Positions 50,001 through 57,391 of a stretch of DNA of 64,000 nt are shown here, piece by piece. Every line of letters begins with the position of its first letter. Position 1 is the stretch's first letter. Source of the stretch: an uncultured Pseudomonadales bacterium. GTDB lineage: Bacteria > Pseudomonadota > Gammaproteobacteria > Pseudomonadales > Azotimanducaceae. The stretch is from NCBI GenBank assembly GCA_949372755.1, contig CASIBO010000008.1, forward strand, positions 33,162 to 97,161, in the 5' to 3' direction. A program made the translations under genes and the position numbers. The notes below the pieces were generated by a model. It had not been told where the DNA came from and searched no databases. It saw nothing but the letters and a program-made list of their open reading frames with translations.

Positions 50001-50106
50001 GTTGGCGAAAGGTCAATATTGGGCTTGGGCACACGATTACAACAATTATCAGCGAGGCAGTAATTCCGGTCGGTATTGCCAGCGTTTGGAGGTCGTGCCG
50101 CAATGA
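44056..50106 (+). CDS. giant secreted multidomain protein: 4x PPC-like repeats, TSP3 repeats, clan-CD C13-like peptidase, TSP3 repeats, dockerin-like pair, Gly/Ser/Thr/Asp linker, HExxH metallopeptidase, C-terminal PPC-like domain
   Basis: Signal peptide MIHFFIPALFMVASLLASA. FEPNNS...SDVD.Y repeats. Clan-CD dyad VDHGDDG (His codon 46444-46446) and YDACQSGSF (Cys codon 46567-46569). HEWGH at 49147-49161 with a downstream EGWANAY. Confidence 0.85.
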   Translation: MIHFFIPALFMVASLLASADSRPGRAIIDFEPNNSIDAAESIQLGREVDGSLASMSDVDVYMVTIDKTSKLSLAFRSELRESNGWKYELLNEEGSVLGASFCDFTDCENGETLSVGVQSGTYYLKVLPESDSSNESFLPDGAYFFTLTAVDEFSTVEFEPNNSTEVSQAVNFNKTYEGQLSSMSDVDFYTFAIDNTAKLEIAFQSELRESNGWKYELLNEEGGVLSASFCDFTDCENGETLSVGVQSGTYYLKVLPESDSSSESFLPDGAYFFTLTAVDDFSTVEFEPNNSTEVSQAVNFNETYEGQLSSMTDVDFYTVTVEKTKKLEITFQSELRESNGWKYELLNEEGSVLGASFCDFTDCENGETLSVGVQSGTYYLKVLPESDSSNESFLPDGAYFFTLTAGDDFSTVEFEPNNSTEASQAVNFNKTYEGQLSSMSDVDFYTFAIDNTAKLEIAFQSELRESNGWKYELLTEEGSVLGASFCDFTDCENGETLSVGVQSGTYFLKVLPESDSSSESFLPDGAYYFLIEFGDKDEDGIFDEDDNCLKTANPDQLDTDTDGFGDACDDDDDDDGTADTNDAFPLNADETVDSDGDGIGNNADADDDNDGVEDGNDAFPFDSAENSDADLDGVGDNSDAFPQDANESLDSDQDEVGDNADNCPELGNTDQIDTDGDAAGDACDADDDNDGVSDELDFYPLDSSRTKYGGQRALIIAGGGPYEGNFLWTATQNMANVAYDALRTQGLSDDNIEYLSEEVRARVDGLPTVANIKKSIESLADADEEKITDVLIYMVDHGDDGVFKIDESTFLGASDLKVWLDDLHAKHDIRSTLIYDACQSGSFIPLLGSQDDTNRLVITSSAALENAWFASDGYLSFSYYFWTIFRSGGDFSEASIAAKNAMGFQFRQTAKFDANGNGVSDEKTDKLLIKDFAFGLGAVQASEFPVVGAIEVQRELNGELSVPITVASVGGGTAVEKVLVILTTPDKPIIAPDEPLVNLIDTELTQNEDGSWGGVVAGFEAKGSYELSVIAESKSGLTSFPTEENTNSVTVQQNIGRDPIVQSDTDRDGVADATDPDDDNDNVLDADDAFPTDAAESKDTDGDGVGDNADLDDDNDALSDADELLLGTDSLNADSDSDGFSDGLDALPLDATESIDTDSDGVGNNADQDDDGDGLDDISEIQSGLNPLLTDSDNDGVDDGIDAFPLDGSETVDSDLDGIGDTQDAFPTNPDETLDQDGDGIGDNADVFDDDPFEAYDTDSDGLGNNADPDDDNDGFSDDEEIAAGTDPLGASSCPGCFSFDVDNDGEAKALTDGLLVIRHLFGFSDEALTAGAVGSNASRTTPADIAAYLTNAATELDVDGDDEAKALTDGLLLIRQLFGFTGNALTAGAVGETAERATASAIQAYITQRLPDSNGSASGSDDGVGADTGDAGGSDTAGSDTGEDTGGTTSGGSTDGGTSDGDTDSGGDTGGTDGGSAGTKTIEIDVVYDRVPYRAPECTASGCSYRGLDYANIVQKPVRFAKAQVLDADSKAIVTDNLRTDAAGRLSFSVGDDDAFIVRVYAESPGNGSASWGLRIVDNNGADQEGSYPVYVLESQAVGANAVDEPLTLRAASGWGLTKYTQTRSAAPFAILDSMVSATLYALSGRSTLIFAPVDVYWSIANSTDTVGTSYYSGAYIMILGDAEVDTDEYDESVIVHEWGHYFQSILSKDDSLGGSHGGGDLLDMRVAFSEGWANAYSGLATARDAYIDTSGSQQAGGFGIALEIELTEREGAVKGWYSEDSAQYLVYDLFDDGASDDDNVALPVSVMMSSLIDFMPQQAAATSIFSFSAGVIDAQPNQSSLIMALLDRENIGRGRVQIDSLGSGETNSAGEYAAVENIEAMTLPVYTVLDSSLISADMCQDVLPASAPRVFGIDNKLGAYRFAQFEISQAGNYTVRLTTTAKPLGAASDPDFGVYNAQGLIGPQLNELTGAVDLESHILQLAKGQYWAWAHDYNNYQRGSNSGRYCQRLEVVPQ
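44143..45655 (+). repeat. four tandem 384-bp (128-aa) near-identical coding repeats
   Basis: The FEPNN start recurs at 44143, 44527, 44911 and 45295. Off-frame ORFs 44456-44653 and 45224-45421 are almost identical, which indicates a 768-bp higher-order periodicity. Confidence 0.9.
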
Positions 50107-50771
50107 AAAACCTATTGATGATGCTCTCGGTTCTGGCATTGCTCGGTTGCAAGGCTCTTGATTCAACGGTGAGTGCGAACCCTGAGGGCCCAGTTGGGGC
50201 GGAGGTCATTCCCGGAACCGACACTACAACCTCTAAGGCGACTAGCCCGTTGACCAACCCGCTGCCGGTCAGCGATGGTGAGGTTAGCAGGCGTGCTAAC
50301 GGCAATGGTCCGTTGTGGACGATCCGCTCTGAGCAAATTGCGGCGCGATCGCAAGGTCACAGCGTAAAAACCCAATCACGAACCGCCAAGCCGCAAGGCC
50401 CCTTTACGGTGCGGTATGTCTTAGAGAGCTGGACCCCTGATGACCACCGTTTGGTGGTAGAAGTGCAAAGTAATCAAGTCATTAGTGATTGGTGGCTTGA
50501 TTTGCCGCAAATATCTGAAAAGCTCGAAACAGCTCAGTTTGCTAAGAAACATAATGCGACAGAGCCGGGCGCGGCGGAGTCGAGGACTTTTAGGTTGGGT
50601 ACACTGCCCCGGGCCAACCGATTGTTGTTGACCGTCCGAGCATTGGTTTCGGGTGTAACGACCTCAAAAACGGTTGTGATACCCCTAAGGTCGCGCTTAA
50701 ACCAAGGCGTTCGAACCTGTGATGAGGCTAGGACTGATTGCGTCGTGGCGTTGCCGGGAACGCTTCGATGA
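50103..50771 (+). CDS. lipoprotein of unknown function
   Basis: MKNLLMMLSVLALLGC lipobox. The ATG overlaps the stop of the giant gene (ATGA). Confidence 0.6.
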   Translation: MKNLLMMLSVLALLGCKALDSTVSANPEGPVGAEVIPGTDTTTSKATSPLTNPLPVSDGEVSRRANGNGPLWTIRSEQIAARSQGHSVKTQSRTAKPQGPFTVRYVLESWTPDDHRLVVEVQSNQVISDWWLDLPQISEKLETAQFAKKHNATEPGAAESRTFRLGTLPRANRLLLTVRALVSGVTTSKTVVIPLRSRLNQGVRTCDEARTDCVVALPGTLR

Positions 50772-50849
50772 GAATTTTCTTCGATGCTTAAAGCGGACGT
50801 TGCTTAATGGGCGCCAAGCTATTTCAGGATCATTTTGATATATTTAGGC

Positions 50850-50877
50850 TTGCAACCGGAGCGCTCCATGGTAGAAT
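50850..50877 (+). promoter_or_regulatory. candidate sigma70 promoter
   Basis: TTGCAA, a 16-nt spacer, then TAGAAT with TGn immediately upstream (extended -10). It lies about 75 bp upstream of the 50953 start. Confidence 0.45.
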
Positions 50878-50952
50878 CGGAAAAGGATTTGTGTCCATTT
50901 ACGACCGATTGATAGGTATGTTTAGCCAATATAATTGAAGCTTAGAGGAACT

Positions 50953-53900
50953 GAGATGAAGAACCTGAAACATTCATTGTTGCTTTTAATGAAAGCGGCA
51001 TTAGCGAGCGTGGTGTTAATGGCCTCTGCTGCGGTTGCAGACAACCAGATTATTACGGTGTCCCCTGCAGAACCAGCGTTCGGAGAGAGTGATGAGTCGG
51101 TTACTTTTTCGGTGGTCTATGCAACCGACCCGGAAAATACGGGGGTTCCTGGCTTCGGGCTAAAGATGTACTTTAATAGTGCCGTTTTAGAAGGCAAGGC
51201 ACTCAATGTGAATCCTGATATCGGTGGTCAGCAGACGGGTCCTTCTGTTCAAGCCGATAGTGCGGACGGCGATAATGATGCAAATACCGATAAAGTCGTT
51301 GTTGTAGCCTGGATCGAAAATACCAAGCAAGAAGGTTTTGGTGATACGGTGAGTGTTCCTTGGCCGGAAGTTGAAGATTTTACCGGTGGTGTATCGATAA
51401 TCGATGTCACCTTTGGTCGAGCCGACACAACTTTTACAGGAAAGAGTCAGGTTAATTTTATACTCAGTACAGCGGCAGGGTTTGACGCCAAGGCTGATTC
51501 GTTTGATGTTATTTTCAAAGACGATGAAACTGCGCCCGTAGTCACACTGGGCGAGTCTAGCGTCACAATTGAAGCCGTTGGGCCGCTAACCTCGGAAGAT
51601 AACGCTACAGCCCTTGCCGATTTTATTAAAACCATAACGGTTGAAGATAACAAGGATACTCTGACCACTGAGAATCTAGACGCATTTGTCACCCAAGATG
51701 GCGCGTTGGTTGCAGCCCCCGAAGGCTTTGCACCAGGCACTTACGAAATCACATTTATTGCATCGGATAGTTCCGGCAATAAGTCAGAAGGTGTCGTGGT
51801 GACCCTGACGGTTGCTGATACGACCCAGCCGGTCCTAAGCGGTGTATCCAATGTCGCATTATCCGCCGCAGATAAGAATGGTGCTCCATCTGCTGGCGTA
51901 CTTGCCGCCGTCGCGCTTGATAGCGTTGATGGTGAAGTTGTGGTCGCTTATTCCGTTGGTGGGGCTGATGTGGGAGATAATTTCCCACTAGGCGAGACAA
52001 CCGTTACGGTAAAAGCAGCCGACTCAGCTGGCAACATGGCGGAAGGCACCTTAGTCGTTACCGTTAGTGATACCACCAGTCCAGTCATTGTTTCTGCTGC
52101 CGGGGTAGCCTTGGAAGCCGATGGCGAGCTGGGGTATGGTGGTAGTACAGCAAGTATTATTGCCGCAATCGGTGTGTCGGATAATGTTGATGATGCGCCG
52201 GCGGTCACGCTAGGCGCGTCTGTGCCGGAAGTCTTGCCGTTTGGGGTTACCCAAGTTGCTGTAGTGGTGACGGATGCCGCGGGTAACGCAACAGAGGGTA
52301 CTGTGCCCGTTACCGTTGCCGATACTACGAAACCAGAATTCTCGGGCGCTAACTTACTGGTGCTAACCGTTGATGCGGCTGATGAAGTGGTTGCTAGTGA
52401 TGATGCCCGGGTCACGACCTGGTTGGCCGGCGTCACCGCAACGGATATTGTCGATGGCGCAACGGATGTTACCAACAGCGCGTTACCCAGTACTTTTGCA
52501 GTGGGTGAAGCGGTTATTACCTTTACATCCTCCGATTCGCGAGGTAATGAAGCATCAGCCGAGGCCACCATACTCGTGACGGTCGGGCCAGCGGTCACGG
52601 TTGCGGACGCTATAACAGTAGTGTCGCTAGATGGCGCGGCTTTGCCAGCGTCTCAAACGCAAATTGCGGCGTTTATTGCTGCCGCTAGTGCAACGGATTT
52701 CTCGGGCGTGGTCTTGGATGTGACGAACGATGCTCCAGATACTTTCGCTATTGGCGACACCTTAGTGACCTTTAGCGCGGTTGATGCCGATGATCGACAA
52801 GGCCAGAGCAGCTCGACGGTCACGGTTGTCGCAGCATCTGCTGAAAACGACACCGATAATGATGGCATCGATGATCTGTTTGAAGTTGAAAATGGACTCG
52901 ACCCCAATGCAGACGATGCTGAGGCTGATGCCGATGGTGATGGCCGAAGCAATCTAGACGAGTACCTAGAAGGTACAGATCCTAATGTAGATGATGTGAA
53001 ACCGATTGTTACCGCACCGGCCGATGTGGCGACGGGTGCAACTGGCGCGCTCACGAAGGCTGATCTAGGCGAAGCAACAGCGAGCGATACCTTAGATGGC
53101 GATCTTACGCCCATTGCCGATAACCCTGGTCCTTATGCACCCGGTAGCTACACGGTCACATGGTCGGCGACGGATGCGGCTGGCAACGTGGGTATTGCGA
53201 CGCAATCCGTCGTGATATCGCCGCAGGCGTCGGTCACGCCAAAAGGTCGGGTAGCGGAAGGCGCAGACTTCCTGGTTGAGGTCACATTAAATGGGCCCGC
53301 GCCAGCGTATCCGGTTGAAATCCCTGTAACGCTTGGCGGCACAGCTGAGCTAGACAGTGATTACACCGTATCCGTATCGTCCATCGTGATCGAGTCGGGT
53401 CGAATCGGTATTATGACAATCTCGGTGCTGTCTGATGAAGTTGAAGAGGGTACAGAAAGCATTGAAGTGACCTTGGGTGCACCTGCTGCCAATGCAGTAT
53501 TGGGCTCAGCCTTAACAAGCCTGATTAGTATTATTGAAACGCAGGAGCCACCTGCTCTGAAGTTGTCCGTTAGTCAGGGCGATCAAAATGGTCGGAAGGT
53601 TGCAGCGGAAGGTGGGTCCGTTATGGTCACGCTCAGTATCAAGGACCCCAATGGCACGCATACAGTGGACTGGAGCGGATCAGACAACAACCTGGTCGCA
53701 ACCTCTGAAGACGGTGCGATGATGTTCGAATTTGATCCAGCCGCATTAGCAGAAGGTGGCTATGAAGTCGCAGCGATTGTCACAGATAGTGGCATTGCAG
53801 AGACAACCTTCGATATTGGCGTCTTGATTCGAGTCGCTGCAGAAGCGGTTGAAGCGGACTCGGATGGTGACGGGGTTCCAGATAGTAAGGATACGTCTGA

Positions 53901-54609
53901 AGAAACGAATGTTATCGCGGTCGACGCCGACGCCGGCACGGCCGCTGTAACGGCGGATGCGGGCGTGAAGCTTGTAATCGGTGATGCGGCTCAAGCGTCT
54001 GGCACATCCGGTATCGCGGTCTCGGAAGAGACTATCGCGGCCAGCGGAGCGGATGGTGGTGAAGCGCCAAGCAATGGTGATGACGAAGACTTCAACTACC
54101 CAGCTGGGGTCTACGACTTCCAAGTTCAAGATCTGCCGGTACCGGGTCAATCTGTTCGATTGAGCATTCCGGTCGCAGCAGGCATTCCGGCTGATGCTGT
54201 CATGCGGAAGTATACGGAAGCTGAAGGCTGGTTTGATTTCGTCATCGATGAAAACAATGGCGTTGCTTCGGCCCCTGGTGACGATGGTGCTTGCCCATCC
54301 GTCGGCTCTGAACTGTATGTTGATGGCTTAACGGAAGGCGACACCTGCCTGCAGCTCACCGTACAAGACGGTGGTCCAAACGATGCAGACGGCTCCGTGA
54401 ACGGTGAATACGATGATCCAAGCGGGATTGCTGAAGCCGCGCCAGTTAAAGTTGTTATCGTTCCTGACACCTCGAGTCGAAAGAAAGTCGGCGGGGGTTG
54501 TAGTGTCTCTGAAGGCGGCCCGGGTGATTTTGGTCTTGTGTTCTTAGCGTTGCTCGGCGCGCTCGGTTTGTTCCGAAAGCGCCTTGCTGCGAGCCTTCTG
54601 AATCGTTGA
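50953..54609 (+). CDS. large cell-surface protein: cohesin-like N-domain, HYR/Ig-like repeats, TSP3/EF-hand-like segment, Calx-beta, choice-of-anchor-like domain, C-terminal Cys-containing TM sorting signal
   Basis: Signal peptide MKNLKHSLLLLMKAALASVVLMASAAVA. Repeated DTT.PV...G...V...A.D..GN units. The Calx-beta-like segment is AEGADFLVEV...LDSDYTV...EGTESIEVTL. The C-terminus reads DGGPNDADGSVNGEYDDPSG, then GGGCSVSEGG, a hydrophobic helix, and RKR. Confidence 0.8.
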   Translation, partial: EMKNLKHSLLLLMKAALASVVLMASAAVADNQIITVSPAEPAFGESDESVTFSVVYATDPENTGVPGFGLKMYFNSAVLEGKALNVNPDIGGQQTGPSVQADSADGDNDANTDKVVVVAWIENTKQEGFGDTVSVPWPEVEDFTGGVSIIDVTFGRADTTFTGKSQVNFILSTAAGFDAKADSFDVIFKDDETAPVVTLGESSVTIEAVGPLTSEDNATALADFIKTITVEDNKDTLTTENLDAFVTQDGALVAAPEGFAPGTYEITFIASDSSGNKSEGVVVTLTVADTTQPVLSGVSNVALSAADKNGAPSAGVLAAVALDSVDGEVVVAYSVGGADVGDNFPLGETTVTVKAADSAGNMAEGTLVVTVSDTTSPVIVSAAGVALEADGELGYGGSTASIIAAIGVSDNVDDAPAVTLGASVPEVLPFGVTQVAVVVTDAAGNATEGTVPVTVADTTKPEFSGANLLVLTVDAADEVVASDDARVTTWLAGVTATDIVDGATDVTNSALPSTFAVGEAVITFTSSDSRGNEASAEATILVTVGPAVTVADAITVVSLDGAALPASQTQIAAFIAAASATDFSGVVLDVTNDAPDTFAIGDTLVTFSAVDADDRQGQSSSTVTVVAASAENDTDNDGIDDLFEVENGLDPNADDAEADADGDGRSNLDEYLEGTDPNVDDVKPIVTAPADVATGATGALTKADLGEATASDTLDGDLTPIADNPGPYAPGSYTVTWSATDAAGNVGIATQSVVISPQASVTPKGRVAEGADFLVEVTLNGPAPAYPVEIPVTLGGTAELDSDYTVSVSSIVIESGRIGIMTISVLSDEVEEGTESIEVTLGAPAANAVLGSALTSLISIIETQEPPALKLSVSQGDQNGRKVAAEGGSVMVTLSIKDPNGTHTVDWSGSDNNLVATSEDGAMMFEFDPAALAEGGYEVAAIVTDSGIAETTFDIGVLIRVAAEAVEADSDGDGVPDSKDTSEETNVIAVDADAGTAAVTADAGVKLVIGDAAQASGTSGIAVSEETIAASGADGGEAPSNGDDEDFNYPAGVYDFQVQDLPVPGQSVRLSIPVAAGIPADAVMRKYTEAEGWFDFVIDENNGVASAPGDDGACPSVGSELYVDGLTEGDTCLQLTVQDGGPNDADGSVNGEYDDPSGIAEAAPVKVVIVPDTSSRKKVGGGCSVSEGGPGDFGLVFLALLGALGLFRKRLAASLLNR

Positions 54610-54613
54610 TTTG

Positions 54614-55063
54614 ATGACGCGTTCGCGTAATTTACACGAGTTGATTTGGGGCGCCTTGATAGGCGCCCTTTTTCTTTGGGGTGGCGCTTCCTGGTATTGG
54701 GCTCTGACGCCTAGCTTTAGTTGGGTCATGTTGCAGTGGCCAATGTTTTTTGCAGTGTGTGTGGCCAGCCCTGTTCTAGAGGAATATGTGTTTAGGGGGC
54801 TTCTTTATGAAGCGGTTGATGCACGCTGGCCTCGGGTCTGGCCGGCGGGTGCACGCTTATCGATCAGCTTCGCAAATGCCATGACGACCTGGCTGTTTGT
54901 GATAGCGCACATGATCGCGCGGGATCCAATCGCGGGCGCTTTAGTGCTTCTACCCTCGATCTATTTAGGGTTGTTACGGGCGCGTTATGGTGGAATAGGC
55001 GTCTGCATGCTCGTCCATGCGGCCTGGAACATTGGGTGGTTCAGTTTGTTTCCGCCGGCGTAG
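54614..55063 (+). CDS. CPBP-family (CAAX-like) glutamic-type intramembrane protease, small form
   Basis: All three CPBP motifs are present: EEYVFRG, FVIAHM and HAAWN. There are four predicted TM helices. The gene starts 5 nt after the stop of the surface-protein gene. Confidence 0.8.
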   Translation: MTRSRNLHELIWGALIGALFLWGGASWYWALTPSFSWVMLQWPMFFAVCVASPVLEEYVFRGLLYEAVDARWPRVWPAGARLSISFANAMTTWLFVIAHMIARDPIAGALVLLPSIYLGLLRARYGGIGVCMLVHAAWNIGWFSLFPPA

Positions 55064-55155
55064 AATTTGGAAGTCCCAGATTCTACGCTATAGTCAGTTA
55101 GCCAAGAATTTGTCACAATGACGGCGTCGCGTCTGTCACTAAAAAGGAATCTCTT

Positions 55156-55455
55156 ATGCCATTTTTTATGAGACTCGGTCTGCTCTGGTTGCTGAGCGCC
55201 TTTTGCTCAGCGTCGTTCGCCAGTATCCCGGCTGGGCGAATCAATGCGATCAATGCGCAGTTAGCGGCAGGGCAGTATCAAGCAGCAGAAAAAGCAACTT
55301 TAGTTCTACTCGAATCCCAGCAACTCTCAACCGATGATGTGAACACCTTAGAGGCTCTGGCGAGTGGTTTCACGGCTGCAGGACTTCGTGACCAAGCCGG
55401 GACGCTGTTATCCAAAGGCTGCAGAACTGTTAGGTGCACCGCAAACCAGCAGTGA
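55156..55455 (+). CDS. signal peptide plus helical-repeat fragment, probably the displaced N-terminus of the CHAT protein
   Basis: MPFFMRLGLLWLLSAFCSASFA signal peptide. The ORF overlaps the next ORF by 92 nt in a different frame, and the repeat-like sequence continues across the junction. Confidence 0.45.
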   Translation: MPFFMRLGLLWLLSAFCSASFASIPAGRINAINAQLAAGQYQAAEKATLVLLESQQLSTDDVNTLEALASGFTAAGLRDQAGTLLSKGCRTVRCTANQQ

Positions 55456-57379
55456 TCGAGCAACGTTGCTGCGTATTGGTGCGAGCTTGCAAGCTTTAAA
55501 CCTACGAAGTCAGGCCGCGGGAATTCTGACTCGGGGCATTCGAATTACAGGTAAAGATGCAGCCGATAGTTTAAATGCCGCTGGGTTTCAGTCGCTGGGT
55601 GATCTTGCCTTTGAAACCGGTGATCTAGAGGCTGCAGATTCCGCTTATACCAATTCTGAAACGGCCCTGGAGGCTGATGACCTTCAAGCGCGTGCGGCTT
55701 TATTGGTGCGGCAAATTAAGCTCGCAGTCGCCAGCACGGATGCCGTTCAAACCCGAGACTACTATAAAGCCTATCAAGGCCTACTCTTACAATTAACGGG
55801 TGATACAAGTCTTGCCCGAATGAACTTAAACGTTGCGGCAAGCCTGATGGCATCTGGCGAGTCAACCTGGGCGCCCGATGTTACGCTGCTCATCGAACAG
55901 TCAGCGATGATTGGTTCGGCGGACGCGCAGCTGATGTCCGAGGTGGAACAAATGCGCGGTCAGGTGGCCGCGCTCTCGGGTCAGCCGGATGCGGCGCTGA
56001 AGATGCTCAGGCGCGCACTCGCGGGACTGGGCTCGGACGCAACGCCTGCTCAAACCTATCGTCTGTATTGGCAGATCGGTAAGCTTCAGGCTGAGGCCGG
56101 TGAAATCGATGCGGCATTAAAAAATTACGAGCGCGCCATCGCAAATCTAGACCGGATTCGCGGAGAGTTGTTGCAGGGCAGCACCTTGGTGTTTACCGAA
56201 AGGGTGCTACCGGTTTATCAAGGCTACATCGAGTTGTTATTAGAGAAAGCCAAGGTGCCTGGTCAGGAGGGCAAGTGGTTAGGGCAAGTGCAACAAACCC
56301 TAGAAGGCCTTAATGCAGCAGAAATTTTAGATTATTTTGACGACAACTGCGTGCTACCTCGCGATGTGATGAGTCTTAGCAACACGGCGGCCGGGACGGC
56401 GGTGTTGTACCCGATTACGCTAGGCACGCGTCCCGTACTGCTCGTGCGAACTGCGAACGGCATCTTCCGATTTGATCTGGCGGTGGGTAACGCCGAACTA
56501 AAATCGATGGCGCTGGCTTTTCGCGAGGCCATCACAAATCCCGAAACATCCCTGAGCGCTTATCAAGCCCAAGCGAGCGCACTCTTCACGGCGCTTTTAG
56601 GGCCTGCTCAGGGCTTGATCGAGCGATCTTCGATTACGACGCTGGTCACGGTGCCAAGTGCGTATTTACGGCTTGTGCCCATGGCGGCGCTGCACGATGG
56701 CGAAGACTTCCTAGTCAACCGGTATCAGTTAGCCACCACTCTTGGGCTGCAATTGACGGAAAATGCGAGCGTTGACAATGTCAACAGCTCGGCTTTTATC
56801 GGCGGCGTGTCGGACGCGGTACAAGGGTTTGTTTCCCTGCCGGGTGTTGAAACCGAACTGGCAGAACTGAAAGGCGCGTTATCTGCAACGCCGCTGCTGA
56901 ATCGAAATTTTTCAGTCGCCAATGTCTCAAGACGCTTAAGTTCTGGCAATGACAGCATTGTTCATCTAGCGACGCATGGTTATTTCGATGGTGATCATGC
57001 CAATTCATTTCTGTTAGCGCATGATGACAAAATCACGCTCGATCGGTTGCAAAGCACAGTGGGGGCTCGGCGTTTCACGGGTAATCCCTTAGACCTTTTA
57101 GTGCTCAGTGCGTGCGAAACCGCGAAGGGAGACGAGCGGGCGGCGCTGGGGTTGGCCGGGGTGTCTCTCAAGGCTGGTGCGCGCAGCACGGTGGCATCCC
57201 TCTGGCCCATTGCGGACGCGGCAACTGCCATGCTGATGAAGCGCTTCTATGAAGAATTGCGCGCCGGAAAAAGCAAAGCGGCGGCGCTTCAGTCGGCCCA
57301 GCAGATGCTGTTGTCCGACCCCGAATGGGCGCATCCAAATTATTGGAGCCCCTACCTACTCATCGGCAATTGGCTCTAG
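55364..57379 (+). CDS. TPR-like repeat / CHAT domain protein (caspase-fold clan CD peptidase)
   Basis: The C-terminal CHAT signature is HLATHGYF...LLVLSACETAKG...ASLWPI.D. The N-terminal region is helical-repeat. Confidence 0.8.
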   Translation: MVSRLQDFVTKPGRCYPKAAELLGAPQTSSDRATLLRIGASLQALNLRSQAAGILTRGIRITGKDAADSLNAAGFQSLGDLAFETGDLEAADSAYTNSETALEADDLQARAALLVRQIKLAVASTDAVQTRDYYKAYQGLLLQLTGDTSLARMNLNVAASLMASGESTWAPDVTLLIEQSAMIGSADAQLMSEVEQMRGQVAALSGQPDAALKMLRRALAGLGSDATPAQTYRLYWQIGKLQAEAGEIDAALKNYERAIANLDRIRGELLQGSTLVFTERVLPVYQGYIELLLEKAKVPGQEGKWLGQVQQTLEGLNAAEILDYFDDNCVLPRDVMSLSNTAAGTAVLYPITLGTRPVLLVRTANGIFRFDLAVGNAELKSMALAFREAITNPETSLSAYQAQASALFTALLGPAQGLIERSSITTLVTVPSAYLRLVPMAALHDGEDFLVNRYQLATTLGLQLTENASVDNVNSSAFIGGVSDAVQGFVSLPGVETELAELKGALSATPLLNRNFSVANVSRRLSSGNDSIVHLATHGYFDGDHANSFLLAHDDKITLDRLQSTVGARRFTGNPLDLLVLSACETAKGDERAALGLAGVSLKAGARSTVASLWPIADAATAMLMKRFYEELRAGKSKAAALQSAQQMLLSDPEWAHPNYWSPYLLIGNWL

Positions 57380-57391
57380 GAGGGGACACGC

